This document shows, in pieces, positions 37,147-47,278 of a DNA stretch of 64,000 nt. Position 1 is the stretch's first letter. Each line of letters begins with the position of its first letter. The notes beneath the pieces were generated by a model. It was not told where the DNA came from. It was given only the letters and a program-made list of their open reading frames with translations, and did not search any database. The DNA comes from Calditrichales bacterium (GTDB lineage Bacteria; Calditrichota; Calditrichia; Calditrichales; J004), in the NCBI GenBank assembly GCA_965267575.1, contig OZ254086.1, positions 3,136,001-3,200,000 on the forward strand, read 5' to 3'. A program made the position numbers and the translations under genes.

Positions 37147-39411
37147 GTGCGCCAGAGAATTTATATTAACGGTATCGTGCAGGGCGTCGGCTTCAGGCCC
37201 TTTGTTTACCGGCTGGCGCGAAGCCTTGGCTTGCTTGGCTTTGTGCGTAACAGTGCCGCCGGCGTCGTAATAGAGGCCCAGGGCGAGACCGCAAAACTAA
37301 GGGATTTTATTCGCAGGCTTAGCAGCGAGGCGCCGGCTCTGGCGCAGATTGAATCGCTGGAAGCAGAGGAGTGTATTGAGCACAAGGAAGAAGCGTTTAC
37401 AATCATCGTATCTGACCGTGAAGGCGATGCCATGACGCATATCTCCCCGGACAGTGCTGTTTGCAAAGACTGTCTGCGCGACCTGGAAGATCCCTCCGGG
37501 CGTTATTTTAATTATCCTTTTGTTAACTGCACCAATTGTGGCCCGCGTTTTACTATTATTAAAAGATTGCCTTATGACCGGTCGTTCACATCCATGGCCG
37601 GCTTCGATATGTGTCCGGATTGCGCGGCGGAATACAACGATCCTCAAAACAGGCGCTTTCATGCGCAGCCGGTGGCCTGCGCAAAATGCGGCCCGCGGCT
37701 GTGGCTTACCGATTCCAAAGGTAAACGCATCGAAAGTGATGATGCTGTTGCGGCGTGTACCCGCCTGCTTAAAAAAGGAAGTATCGTTGCCGTTAAAGGC
37801 ATAGGCGGCTTTCACCTGGCGGCGGATGCCCGCAACGATGCCGCCTTACGCAATCTTCGGCAACGCAAAAGAAGGGCATCGCGGCCGTTTGCGCTTATGC
37901 TGGCCGATATTGAAACCGCTAAAAAATTGTGCCGCATCAGTGCCGCGGAAAGGAAAGCGTTACAATCAGCGCAAAGACCCATCGTTCTGCTGCGCCGGCG
38001 GGACTTGTCCGGCTTTACGGCCATTTCCGGTCTCGTGGCGCCGGGCCAGAAATACCTGGGTATCATGCTGCCTTATGCGCCGCTGCACCACATGCTGATG
38101 AAGCATTTTCTTGCTTTAGTTATGACCAGCGCCAACCTGAGCGATGAGCCTATCGTGATTGATAATGATGACGCGTTGAACCGTCTTGGCGGCATTGCCG
38201 ATTATTTTCTGTTCCACGATCGCGACATACTGCAGCGCTGCGACGACTCCATTGTTGCGGAAAGCGGCGCTGAGGTGCGCATGTTGCGGCGGGCGCGTGG
38301 CTATGTACCGGCACCGTTGGCCTTGCCCGGCCGCTGCAGCCAAAGCATCCTGGCAGCGGGCGCCGAGCAAAAGTGCACCATTGCCGTAAATAAGGGGCGC
38401 AGCGTTTATCTCAGTCAACATATCGGCGACCTGGATAACCCGCAGGCGCTAGGCTTTTTCAATGAAACGATCGGCCATTTCTGTGGTATTTTTGAGGTGA
38501 AGCCCGAATTGATCGTGCACGACCTGCACCCGCATTATTTGTCGACGCAGTGGGCGCAAAAGCAGAAGGTGCCAAAAATGTCGGTGCAGCATCATCACGC
38601 GCACCTGGCGGCGGTTCTGGCGGAAAACGAGTTTGAAAGCCCGGCAGTGGGCCTGATCCTGGATGGCACCGGCTACGGCACGGATGGCACCATTTGGGGT
38701 GGCGAGGTGCTGGTGGGCAACGCGCTCAATTTCAAACGGGTGGCATGGCAGGAGCCCGTACCGCTGCCCGGCGGCGAAGCGGCCATTCACGAACCGTGGC
38801 GTATGGCGCTCTCCTGGCTGAACGATTTGCCCGGCTGTGAAGAGCTGCCTGTCTTTAAATCGCTTTCAGTCTACCGCCGCAATCTGATCCGTGAAATGAT
38901 CTCCAAAAGGATAAATAGCCCGCTTACATCAAGCTGTGGCCGGCTGTTCGACGCGGTTTCTGCCATGCTGGATATCTGTGCCGTGGCCGAATACGACGCC
39001 CAGCCGGCCATCATGCTGGAAATGGCAGCGGACGATTCTTTTGAAGAAACCTATGATATAAAGCTTAACGCCGAAGAAGGCGTTTTTGACCTGCGGCCGC
39101 TGCTTAAGCTGCTGATGGAAGACCACCTGCGTGGCCGCGACGTGGCTGAAACGTCGGCCTTGTTTCATAATACGCTGGCTTCCATGTATGCGCAGATCGC
39201 TTTAACGGTAGCGAGGCAGTGGGGGCTGGAACATGCAGCGCTCAGCGGGGGCGTGTTCCAGAACAGGTTGTTTACAAAACGGCTGCACAAGCATTTAACG
39301 GAAAATGGCCTGAAAGTGTTGACGCACAAAAAAGTACCCTGCAACGACGGCGGCATTGCCTTTGGCCAGATGGCCGTGGCCTGCGCCCGCCTGGGCTGGG
39401 AGCTGGCGTAA
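37147..39411 (+). CDS. hypF: Carbamoyltransferase HypF
   Basis: GIVQGVGFRP, CTNCGPR, RRFHAQP.AC..CGP, KGIGGFHL, HHHAH, DGTGYG.DG.IWGGE, SCGRLFDA, NDGG. Confidence 0.95.
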   Translation: MRQRIYINGIVQGVGFRPFVYRLARSLGLLGFVRNSAAGVVIEAQGETAKLRDFIRRLSSEAPALAQIESLEAEECIEHKEEAFTIIVSDREGDAMTHISPDSAVCKDCLRDLEDPSGRYFNYPFVNCTNCGPRFTIIKRLPYDRSFTSMAGFDMCPDCAAEYNDPQNRRFHAQPVACAKCGPRLWLTDSKGKRIESDDAVAACTRLLKKGSIVAVKGIGGFHLAADARNDAALRNLRQRKRRASRPFALMLADIETAKKLCRISAAERKALQSAQRPIVLLRRRDLSGFTAISGLVAPGQKYLGIMLPYAPLHHMLMKHFLALVMTSANLSDEPIVIDNDDALNRLGGIADYFLFHDRDILQRCDDSIVAESGAEVRMLRRARGYVPAPLALPGRCSQSILAAGAEQKCTIAVNKGRSVYLSQHIGDLDNPQALGFFNETIGHFCGIFEVKPELIVHDLHPHYLSTQWAQKQKVPKMSVQHHHAHLAAVLAENEFESPAVGLILDGTGYGTDGTIWGGEVLVGNALNFKRVAWQEPVPLPGGEAAIHEPWRMALSWLNDLPGCEELPVFKSLSVYRRNLIREMISKRINSPLTSSCGRLFDAVSAMLDICAVAEYDAQPAIMLEMAADDSFEETYDIKLNAEEGVFDLRPLLKLLMEDHLRGRDVAETSALFHNTLASMYAQIALTVARQWGLEHAALSGGVFQNRLFTKRLHKHLTENGLKVLTHKKVPCNDGGIAFGQMAVACARLGWELA

Positions 39412-39484
39412 TAGCGGCGTTTTTTAGTGCGTGTCGGGAACTTATCAATGGCGAGAAGTGAATCCCGATTGTTGTGATTATTAA

Positions 39485-39525
39485 AAGCCCCTTCCCTAAA
39501 TTTTAGGGAAGGGCTTGGGGATGGG
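39485..39525. repeat. REP-like GC-rich palindrome
   Basis: CCCTTCCCTAAA-T-TTTAGGGAAGGG perfect inverted repeat (39489-39513) followed by CTTGGGGATGGG. Confidence 0.6.
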
Positions 39526-39642
39526 TTTCCCGGGGTGATTTGATAAAGATAATGATAATGATAAAGAAAAAGATCAAATAAATTTCTTCATGCTCTCTAT
39601 GTCCTTCATTGCAAAAGTGAGCATGATGAAAAGGAGCGAAAG

Positions 39643-39906
39643 ATGTGTTTGGCGATTCCCGGTAAATTGATCGAAAAATATGAGGAAAACGGCATGCCGA
39701 TGGGGCGCATGGATTTTGGCGGCAGCAAAAACAGCGCCTGCCTGATCTGTGTGCCTGAAATGGCGCCGGGGCAGTACGCCATGATCCATGCCGGGTTTGC
39801 GCTGCATATCGTTGATGAGGAAGAAGCGCGGCGCAGTTACGAGGCCTGGAAGGAAATAGAGGCCGCCGAAAAAGAGTGGAATAAAGACGATGAAATACCT
39901 GAATGA
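39643..39906 (+). CDS. hypC: Hydrogenase assembly chaperone HypC
   Basis: MCLAIPG, G.Y..IHAGFAL..VDEEEA; AAGGAG RBS. Confidence 0.95.
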   Translation: MCLAIPGKLIEKYEENGMPMGRMDFGGSKNSACLICVPEMAPGQYAMIHAGFALHIVDEEEARRSYEAWKEIEAAEKEWNKDDEIPE

Positions 39907-40990
39907 ATACCGCGACCCGGGACTGGTAAAGACCATCCTTGATGAAATAAAGGCTACGGTTACGCAGCCGTGGGTGCTGATGGAGATTTGCGGCGGACAG
40001 ACCCATTCCATCATGCGCAACGGCATTGATCAGCTTTTGCCTAAGGAGATCGAACTGGTGCATGGCCCGGGCTGCCCGGTGTGCGTAACGCCGCTGGAAC
40101 AAATCGATAAAGCGCTGGCCATCGCTGCCCGTCCCGATGTTATTTTTACCTCTTTCGGCGACATGCTGCGTGTGCCCGGTTCGCGTTCGGATTTGCTTAA
40201 AGCCAAATCGCTGGGAGCGGATGTACGGATTGTCTATTCGCCATTGGACGCGCTGCGCATTGCGCGTGAGAATCGTGACAAAAAGGTGGTTTTCTTTGCC
40301 GTTGGTTTTGAAACAACGGCACCCAACAACGCCATGGCCGTCTGGCAGGCACGTCGTGAAGGGCTAAAGAATTTTTCACTGCTGGTTTCACATGTGCTGG
40401 TGCCGCCAGCGATGACGGCGCTGCTGCGATCGCCACGCAACCGCGTGCAGGGTTACCTGGCTGCCGGGCACGTATGCGCCGTGATGGGCTGGGAAGAGTA
40501 TCTGCCTGTCGCGCGGGAGTACAGGGTGCCGGTGGTGGTAACGGGATTTGAACCGGTGGATATCCTGGAAGGGGTGTTGCTGGCCGTGCGCCAACTGGAG
40601 CATGGGGAATATCGCGTGGAGAACCAGTACAGTCGCGTCGTTCGCCGTGAGGGCAATCGCAAAGCGCAGCAATTAATTAGCGAAGTGTTTGAAATAACAG
40701 ACCGTAAATGGCGCGGTATCGGCGCTATTGCCAAAAGTGGTTTGCGGCTTCGTGAAGCGTACCGTGCCCACGACGCCGAACTGGCCTTTGATTTGGCGGA
40801 ATTACAAGTGGATGAACCGCGGGAGTGCATCAGTGGCGAGGTGTTGCAGGGCCTGAAGAAGCCGCATGAGTGTCCGGCTTTTGGTACGCGTTGCACGCCG
40901 CAAACCCCGCTGGGCGCGACGATGGTTTCCACGGAAGGGGCCTGCGCCGCCTACTGGGCCTACGCCCGCGAAAGGATAGTGACCGAATGA
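39890..40990 (+). CDS. hypD: Hydrogenase formation protein HypD
   Basis: [47 protein letters not shown]. Confidence 0.95.
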   Translation: MKYLNEYRDPGLVKTILDEIKATVTQPWVLMEICGGQTHSIMRNGIDQLLPKEIELVHGPGCPVCVTPLEQIDKALAIAARPDVIFTSFGDMLRVPGSRSDLLKAKSLGADVRIVYSPLDALRIARENRDKKVVFFAVGFETTAPNNAMAVWQARREGLKNFSLLVSHVLVPPAMTALLRSPRNRVQGYLAAGHVCAVMGWEEYLPVAREYRVPVVVTGFEPVDILEGVLLAVRQLEHGEYRVENQYSRVVRREGNRKAQQLISEVFEITDRKWRGIGAIAKSGLRLREAYRAHDAELAFDLAELQVDEPRECISGEVLQGLKKPHECPAFGTRCTPQTPLGATMVSTEGACAAYWAYARERIVTE

Positions 40991-42045
40991 AAGATTTTTT
41001 TGATGCTGAGGATATGAATTGTCCGCTGCCTGCAAGCGACGGGGAGTTTATAACCCTAGCCCACGGCAGTGGCGGTCGCCTGTCGCAGCAGCTTGTTAAA
41101 GATCTGTTTGCCAATGCCTTTGCCAACGATATCCTGAATAAATTAAATGACCAGGCCGAGCTGCGTTTAAACGGCAACCGGCTGTCGTTCAGCACCGACA
41201 CCTTTGTGGTTGATCCGCTTTTCTTTCCCGGCGGTAATATTGGCGAACTGGCAATAAACGGCACCGTCAATGATATCTGCATGAACGGCGCGCGGCCGTT
41301 GTGGCTCAGTTGCGGCTTTATCCTGGAAGAGGGATTCGCCATTGCCGACCTGCGCCGGATTGTTCAAAGCATGCGTGCCGCCGCGGATGAGGCCGGTGTA
41401 AAAATCGTGACCGGCGATACCAAGGTGGTTAACAAGGGCAAAGGCGATAAGTTGTTTATTAATACCAGCGGCATCGGTGTAATAGAGCACGCTTTTGACA
41501 TCAGCCCGGCATCGGTTCAACCCGGCGACCACATTCTGATTAATGGCACGGTGGGTGACCACGGTATGGCTATTTTGTCCAAAAGGGAAGGGCTATCGTT
41601 TGAAAGCGATCTGCGCAGCGACACAGCCGCTTTGAATGGCTTGGTCGCGGAACTGCTTGCAGAAGCGGGTCCGGCGCTGCATGCCATGCGTGACGCCACA
41701 CGGGGTGGTGTGGCTGCCGTTCTTAATGAGATTTCACAAAGCCGCGGCCTGCGTATGGAGATTGAACAGGATGTTGTACCGGTGTCGCAAGCCGTGAACG
41801 GCGCCTGTGAAATGCTGGGCCTCGACCCGCTTTATGTGGCCAATGAAGGTAAGATGGTTATTTTCGTGGATGGCGCTCGCGCCGATTATGTTCTTGAAAA
41901 AATGCGCAGTCATCCGCTGGGACATTATGCTGAAAAAATCGGCGTGGTGGGGGAGAGCAGCGGACCGGTTACGATCCGTACCGCCTTCGGAACACGGCGT
42001 ATCCTGGATATGCCGCTGGCCGAGCAATTGCCGAGGATTTGTTAG
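40987..42045 (+). CDS. hypE: Carbamoyl dehydratase HypE
   Basis: [42 protein letters not shown]-terminal LPRIC. Confidence 0.95.
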   Translation: MKDFFDAEDMNCPLPASDGEFITLAHGSGGRLSQQLVKDLFANAFANDILNKLNDQAELRLNGNRLSFSTDTFVVDPLFFPGGNIGELAINGTVNDICMNGARPLWLSCGFILEEGFAIADLRRIVQSMRAAADEAGVKIVTGDTKVVNKGKGDKLFINTSGIGVIEHAFDISPASVQPGDHILINGTVGDHGMAILSKREGLSFESDLRSDTAALNGLVAELLAEAGPALHAMRDATRGGVAAVLNEISQSRGLRMEIEQDVVPVSQAVNGACEMLGLDPLYVANEGKMVIFVDGARADYVLEKMRSHPLGHYAEKIGVVGESSGPVTIRTAFGTRRILDMPLAEQLPRIC

Positions 42046-42053
42046 GGGGTATG

Positions 42054-42473
42054 TCAGGGATTCACTTTAATCATAATATTTCCATCGCCATCATAAGAGA
42101 CATTTGTTTGATTTCTAAGAAATTGAGGTAAAAATATTAAATAATTTTTTTTGCGTAAAAGGTAAGTTTTTTGGGTGTCAGCAATGAATATTTTGAGTGT
42201 GTAATAATTATTAGTACTCCCGTCGGTTAGCACATTATTGCTTAGGAAGATAGAGCTATCTATTTTTGGAATATACGAATCTTGACTTTTAATGATTTCA
42301 ATTGGCGTAATATTTGTTCTTTCATGATAAACCACGTCTATAAAGCCTTCATTATTTTCCGCTTTTTTATTAAAAAGCAATTTAATAGCTAGAAATAATA
42401 TGAGACCTATTATAACTACGACAATTACTGTCTCAAGCAATGTATATCCTTTGCTAAAATTTTCTTTTTTCAT
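42054..42473 (-). CDS. Small protein with a prepilin-type N-terminal cleavage/methylation motif
   Basis: KKENFSKG|YTLLETVIVVVIIGLILFLAI: basic leader, Gly, Glu at +5, hydrophobic helix. Confidence 0.65.
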   Translation of the reverse strand: MKKENFSKGYTLLETVIVVVIIGLILFLAIKLLFNKKAENNEGFIDVVYHERTNITPIEIIKSQDSYIPKIDSSIFLSNNVLTDGSTNNYYTLKIFIADTQKTYLLRKKNYLIFLPQFLRNQTNVSYDGDGNIMIKVNP

Positions 42474-44452
42474 TTTATTGCAGAAATCGTTGAAGATATC
42501 TGTTTAGTTAAGAAATCACCATATTGACCAGCAACCATTTTATTTAATATAACTAATATATCTTTAACAGTTTTGGGAAAGTGAGATGATAGAGGTATTA
42601 TTAAACAAAGAATCAGTGCATAGTCTTCTAGCTCAAGCGCAGGTCTTGAAATAATATCATTTATTTGAGCCTCTACGATCATAGCATAGTCCTCTGATGG
42701 TAAATGATAGATGGTATTTGCAAGCTTTCTTAAGGGCTGAAGTGCATCATATAAAGTCGGTCGTTTTCTCCAATAATAATAAGAATGAGAAACCCCATCA
42801 TTTACTAGGACGGCAAAAGGAACAACCCCTCCTTCACGATATACTTTAGATATCTCTACTTGAGATTTCAAGATATGTCTGTAACATTCCTGATATTTCT
42901 TTTTTGATAAAAGCGGGGCTGTTGATAGGCACCTGTATAACAAAGTAAGGTTTCTTGTCCTTCTCGCCATAGCCGGATAAGTTTTGATTGAACTTAAGTC
43001 CGATTTAGAAAGAATGATATCTACAAGTTGCTCAGGTTCTTCTCTGATAGCTAAGATAAATTCTATTACGGCTGACCAATCCTCAGCTTCTAAGAATTTT
43101 TTTACGATATCGTAGTCGATCCTTCTTGAAAGTATAGCCCTTGCGGTAAAATATTCCTGAAATGAAGGGTGGCTAAACCCAAATGCATTAATTGATATCT
43201 TTTCAAAAATGCCATGATGACTTTCGATCTCCCTCAAAACATCAATCGCCTGACCTCTAGAAATACCAAATTTTTCGCCGTAGTTTGCAATTTCATCAAC
43301 CAACGTTTGTTCTGGAAAAATATATCTTGGTTGATCTTTAAAAAAGTAATATGCGACATGCTCAAAAATCCTTAGCTTTCTGTCATCCGTTAGCTGCTGA
43401 AATGCAGTTTCTCTTCGAAAACCTCTCGTTGCATCCCAGTCTCGCAATAAAGCTTCAACGCATCTCTGATATAGCTCTACTTTTCTTTTAGGGAGGCTAA
43501 GGTCATGGCGGAACTGAATACATAATAAGCTTAACAATAAAGGGGTCTCTGTTAAAGCAGATACCGCTTCGTCGTTTTTAAGATGCTTTAAGAGCTTTTG
43601 TGCTTTTTCCATGTCCTTATTGAACCATGCTTTGACAATTTTCCTAACCGCGCTATCTGACAGCCTTACAAGCTCTACATCATAAAAATCTTCCAAAATC
43701 TCGTCATAGTCTGCAGTTCTGCAAGTCAGTACAATTGAACAATTCGGAAACCTATTTATAAAAGATTTGATGTCGTTAATAATATCATGTTTATCTGTCT
43801 TAGGTACCTCGTCTAGAGAATCTAGCAGCAAGATGCCTAAATCTTTTTTGAACGCTCTTTCCAAAAAAGCAGAAGCATATTCGTCTGTCCTAGCCTTAAG
43901 TTCATTTGCCGCATATTCAAAAATATTTAATTCACTTTTGGCCAAATCAGGTAAAGATATGAAAATCGGAAATTTCGAAACTTTTAAATTAGTAGTTTGA
44001 AATGTTTTTTTGTCAGAATATGCATAAGCAAGAAACCTGAGAAATGTAGTTTTGCCTGTTCCAGGGCCGCCTAGAATCATTACTTTATTGTGTTTTTCTA
44101 TATACTCATCTGCTCTTTTAATAGCCGGACTTTTTTTTCTTCGTATTTTCTTTATTGTCATTAACTCGTTTCTTTTATACCAGTCTTTTTCATATAGCCT
44201 TCGATATATCGTTGTTGATACATAAGCGGGGTAATAGATATCTATTAGCTTTATTGGCGCTTGCATGCCTAATATTTTGATTGTGTTCATTCTCTGTTTT
44301 AGCGACTTAAACTGAGAACGCCGATATTTATGCAGGAAATCTTTCGCTTCAATAGATTTATTTACACCGTTAAATACAGAGCTAATCGATGTCTTAATTG
44401 GTTCATCAAACCAACCCAATAGCGGTAATGAGTTTGCTGGTGATTTTGGCAT
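42470..44452 (-). CDS. NACHT-family STAND NTPase
   Basis: Walker A GGPGTGKTT, FPIFISL, Walker B LLLDSLDEV, LTCR, TPLLL, FSHPSFQEYFTA. Confidence 0.9.
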   Translation of the reverse strand: MPKSPANSLPLLGWFDEPIKTSISSVFNGVNKSIEAKDFLHKYRRSQFKSLKQRMNTIKILGMQAPIKLIDIYYPAYVSTTIYRRLYEKDWYKRNELMTIKKIRRKKSPAIKRADEYIEKHNKVMILGGPGTGKTTFLRFLAYAYSDKKTFQTTNLKVSKFPIFISLPDLAKSELNIFEYAANELKARTDEYASAFLERAFKKDLGILLLDSLDEVPKTDKHDIINDIKSFINRFPNCSIVLTCRTADYDEILEDFYDVELVRLSDSAVRKIVKAWFNKDMEKAQKLLKHLKNDEAVSALTETPLLLSLLCIQFRHDLSLPKRKVELYQRCVEALLRDWDATRGFRRETAFQQLTDDRKLRIFEHVAYYFFKDQPRYIFPEQTLVDEIANYGEKFGISRGQAIDVLREIESHHGIFEKISINAFGFSHPSFQEYFTARAILSRRIDYDIVKKFLEAEDWSAVIEFILAIREEPEQLVDIILSKSDLSSIKTYPAMARRTRNLTLLYRCLSTAPLLSKKKYQECYRHILKSQVEISKVYREGGVVPFAVLVNDGVSHSYYYWRKRPTLYDALQPLRKLANTIYHLPSEDYAMIVEAQINDIISRPALELEDYALILCLIIPLSSHFPKTVKDILVILNKMVAGQYGDFLTKQISSTISAIK

Positions 44453-44612
44453 TTAAAGCCCCTCATTTACTAGCACTATAAATTTACGATAAACTTATAT
44501 ATCTAATGCAATAAGTTCAACACAGTTTTACGTTTTACTACTTTTGATAGGTACAAAATTTCACCAGTTTTTGTAATAGCCCTCCTATAGAAGGACACGA
44601 GAAAACGTTTTC

Positions 44613-44918
44613 CTAACCAGTATTTTGTATTACTTTAACACCAGTTTCTAACTCCAGTCCAGTTTGTCTATTTTGAACTTCGAGATCATAATGGGATTGC
44701 AGGTTTATCCAAAACTGTGCAGACATTCCAAAGTAGCGCCCTAAACGCAAGGCGGTATCCGCAGAAATCGCCCGTTTTTGATGCACGATTTCGTTAATAC
44801 GGCGTGCCGGTACACTGATATCTTTTGCCAACTTATATTGGCTGATTCCCATTTCATCTAAAAATTCTTCTTTAAGAATTTCTCCGGGATGAATGGGCGG
44901 CATTTTTTTAATACTCAT
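44613..44918 (-). CDS. higA: HigA-family HTH antitoxin
   Basis: PIHPGEIL.EEFL..MGISQY.LAK.I.V..RRINEIV..KRAISADTALRL..YFG.SAQFW.NLQ..YDL. Confidence 0.92.
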   Translation of the reverse strand: MSIKKMPPIHPGEILKEEFLDEMGISQYKLAKDISVPARRINEIVHQKRAISADTALRLGRYFGMSAQFWINLQSHYDLEVQNRQTGLELETGVKVIQNTG

Positions 44919-44977
44919 ACATTGACACTCTTAACCTAGACAAGTAGTGTTAAGAATTTGATACGATATTTTTTTAG

Positions 44978-45847
44978 TTAATTTGACAATCTTAGCGGAC
45001 TTCTTTTTTTAAGAATCTCAAGACAATCAGCCGTACAAGAAGAAAGAATTTTTAGCCACGTTTCGATCAATTTAGAGACTTCTTCATAGTTCCAAATAGA
45101 ATCTTTTATTTTTCTATGATCATAAAGAACACCATCAAAAGTACATTCTTCTTTTAGCTTTTCTAAACTATGATGCTTAGTTACCTTTTTTTTTAAGTCA
45201 ATTTCAAATCTCTTTATCTCATCTTTTGCATATAGTGGTATCATATATGGCCAACCATGATGCTTCTTTACACCATATATTTCAATTCTTGGTTCAAGGC
45301 GATGAATTTTTAAGTTCCTATATCGTTCTATTCTGTTGAATCTGGAATCGTTTAGCTTTTCTAATATTTTCAAAAACTTTTCAGGGTTTTTCCATTTTAG
45401 TCCGTATTTTTTTGGGAATTTCATTCTGTCATAAACAGATTTAAAATCAAGAACCTCATTTCTTTTTTCTGGATTGAAATTACAAAAGTAGGACCAAACC
45501 ATTAGTGCAATTTTATCACGACAAGAATCTATCCTGGTAATGCAGTTGTCGCTAAAATATCCGACGCGAAAATCTACATGTGCTGGCAAAGAATTAGGTG
45601 TATTTTCATTTTTATACTTTTTTTCATATGCCTTTAACCAGCAATAACTGTAAGCAATTTCCTTACATAAGCCAATTACTGAAATAGCCCAGTGGACAAC
45701 ATTGAACTTTGGGTCAAATTGAATTCCACTCCTGTATGCTTTATCAATAAAAGAAATTGATATTCTTAAAAAACGGTTCCACTCTGGCCATGCGCGAAGT
45801 ATTATTTCTTCATTCTTGTAATAGTTTTCCATATAATTTTTCTTCAT
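44978..45847 (-). CDS. HEPN-domain protein (Cthe_2314-like), predicted RNase
   Basis: YFSDNCITRIDSCRDKIA helix followed by the RxxxxH motif RNLKIH; alpha-helical, Lys-rich and AT-rich. Confidence 0.65.
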   Translation of the reverse strand: MKKNYMENYYKNEEIILRAWPEWNRFLRISISFIDKAYRSGIQFDPKFNVVHWAISVIGLCKEIAYSYCWLKAYEKKYKNENTPNSLPAHVDFRVGYFSDNCITRIDSCRDKIALMVWSYFCNFNPEKRNEVLDFKSVYDRMKFPKKYGLKWKNPEKFLKILEKLNDSRFNRIERYRNLKIHRLEPRIEIYGVKKHHGWPYMIPLYAKDEIKRFEIDLKKKVTKHHSLEKLKEECTFDGVLYDHRKIKDSIWNYEEVSKLIETWLKILSSCTADCLEILKKRSPLRLSN

Positions 45848-45928
45848 CAAATTGTAATTAAGGCCTTATTACAAATAACAGTATCCATAGGCTCATAGCT
45901 ATGGTTAGCATGTATCTACTTCCACCAC

Positions 45929-47278
45929 CTATTCCTTCTGTTTGTAATAATGCTGCCTGGTCAGGCGCAGGATGACCGGTGACAGCAGCAGCAAACCGAT
46001 CAGGTTGGGCAGCGCCATGAGGCCGTTAAATACATCGGCGACAGACCAGACCAGGTCCAGCTTTGTAACCGCACCGACCAATACGAAAGCGCAAAAAACC
46101 ACGCGGTAGGGCCGCACCCATTTTTCGCCGAAAATAAATTCCAGCGATTTCTCCCCGTAATAGCTCCAGCCCAGCAGCGTCGAATAGGCGAAAAAGATCA
46201 GGCCGCTGGCAACGATAAACCCACCCCATTGGCCGGGCAGTCCGGCGGAAAATGCGGTGGAGGTCAAAGCTGCGCCTGTTTCGCCACTGTTCCAGACGCC
46301 GGTGGAGAGAATCACAAAACCGGTGAGTGAGCAAACGATGATCGTGTCGATGAAGGTCTGTGTCATGGAGACCAGCGCCTGGCGCACGGGATCGCTTGTT
46401 TGTGCTGCCGCCGCGGCAATCGGTGAACTACCCAGACCGCTTTCATTGGAGAAGACGCCACGAGCCACGCCCCAGCGCACGGTTTCCATTACAACAGCGC
46501 CGGCAAATCCGCCACCGGCTGCAGTCGGGGTAAAAGCGTGTTTAAAAACCATGGCGATGACTTCGGGTACCATATCAATCTTTACAATTATGACAAACAA
46601 TGCACCCAGCATGTAGAGCACGATCATAAACGGCACCAGCAGGCCGGTTACGCGCGAGATGCTTTTGATGCCGCCGAGAATTACCAGGCCTGTGGCCACG
46701 GTCAGCACTACGCCCGTGATCCAGGGTGAGATGCCAAAGTTGGTCAGCACGACGTCGGCCACGGAATTGGACTGTACCATGTTGCCGATACCGAAAGCCG
46801 ACACGGCGGCAAAAATGGCAAAAGCGGTACCCAGCCATTTCCACCCCAGACCCTTGGAGATATAGTACATCGGGCCGCCGCTCATGGTGCCGAACTTATC
46901 CACTTCGCGGTAGTTAACGGCCAGAACAGCTTCACCGTATTTAGTGGCCATACCGAACAGCCCGGTAATCCACATCCAGAACAGCGCGCCGGGACCACCC
47001 AGCGTAATGGCCGTTGCCACACCGGCGATGTTACCGGTGCCGACGGTGGCGGCGAGCGCCGTCATCAGTGCCTGGAAGTGGGTGATGTCGCCTTCGGATT
47101 CTTCTTTTTCTTTACGTTCGATGAGGGCCAGTTTGAGCGAAACGAGCAGGCCGCGGAACTGGATGCCGCGTAGCAGGAAAGTGAGATAAATGCCCGTTCC
47201 TACGAGCAGGATAAGCATCGGCCAGCCCCACACATAGCCGCTGAGCGTCTGAAAGAAATCGATGATCTGTTGTTGCAT
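45929..47278 (-). CDS. Alanine/glycine:cation symporter (AGCS family)
   Basis: [75 protein letters not shown]. Confidence 0.93.
   Translation of the reverse strand: MQQQIIDFFQTLSGYVWGWPMLILLVGTGIYLTFLLRGIQFRGLLVSLKLALIERKEKEESEGDITHFQALMTALAATVGTGNIAGVATAITLGGPGALFWMWITGLFGMATKYGEAVLAVNYREVDKFGTMSGGPMYYISKGLGWKWLGTAFAIFAAVSAFGIGNMVQSNSVADVVLTNFGISPWITGVVLTVATGLVILGGIKSISRVTGLLVPFMIVLYMLGALFVIIVKIDMVPEVIAMVFKHAFTPTAAGGGFAGAVVMETVRWGVARGVFSNESGLGSSPIAAAAAQTSDPVRQALVSMTQTFIDTIIVCSLTGFVILSTGVWNSGETGAALTSTAFSAGLPGQWGGFIVASGLIFFAYSTLLGWSYYGEKSLEFIFGEKWVRPYRVVFCAFVLVGAVTKLDLVWSVADVFNGLMALPNLIGLLLLSPVILRLTRQHYYKQKE

Larger units (their letters stand above)
42050..45925. other. AT-rich accessory islet, probably horizontally acquired, with defence-type genes
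   Basis: Spot G+C counts of 60-nt lines: 14/60 at 42121, 28/60 at 43381 and 16/60 at 45361, versus 39/60 at 41641 in hypE; no integrase or direct repeats seen; boundaries approximate. Confidence 0.7.

Noticed and set aside
39485..39610. CRISPR array
   Set aside because: One palindrome and degenerate short repeats only; no regularly spaced repeat-spacer units and no cas genes.
39503..40102. 199-aa minus-strand ORF across hypC/hypD
   Set aside because: Overlaps two conserved plus-strand genes, and its C-terminus is translated repeat sequence.
42054..42473. Type IV pilus or type II secretion locus
   Set aside because: Only one prepilin-like ORF; no assembly ATPase, platform protein, secretin or peptidase nearby.
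42050..45925. Prophage, IS or integrative element
   Set aside because: No integrase, transposase, phage structural gene, tRNA target or terminal repeat was seen; reported only as an AT-rich islet.
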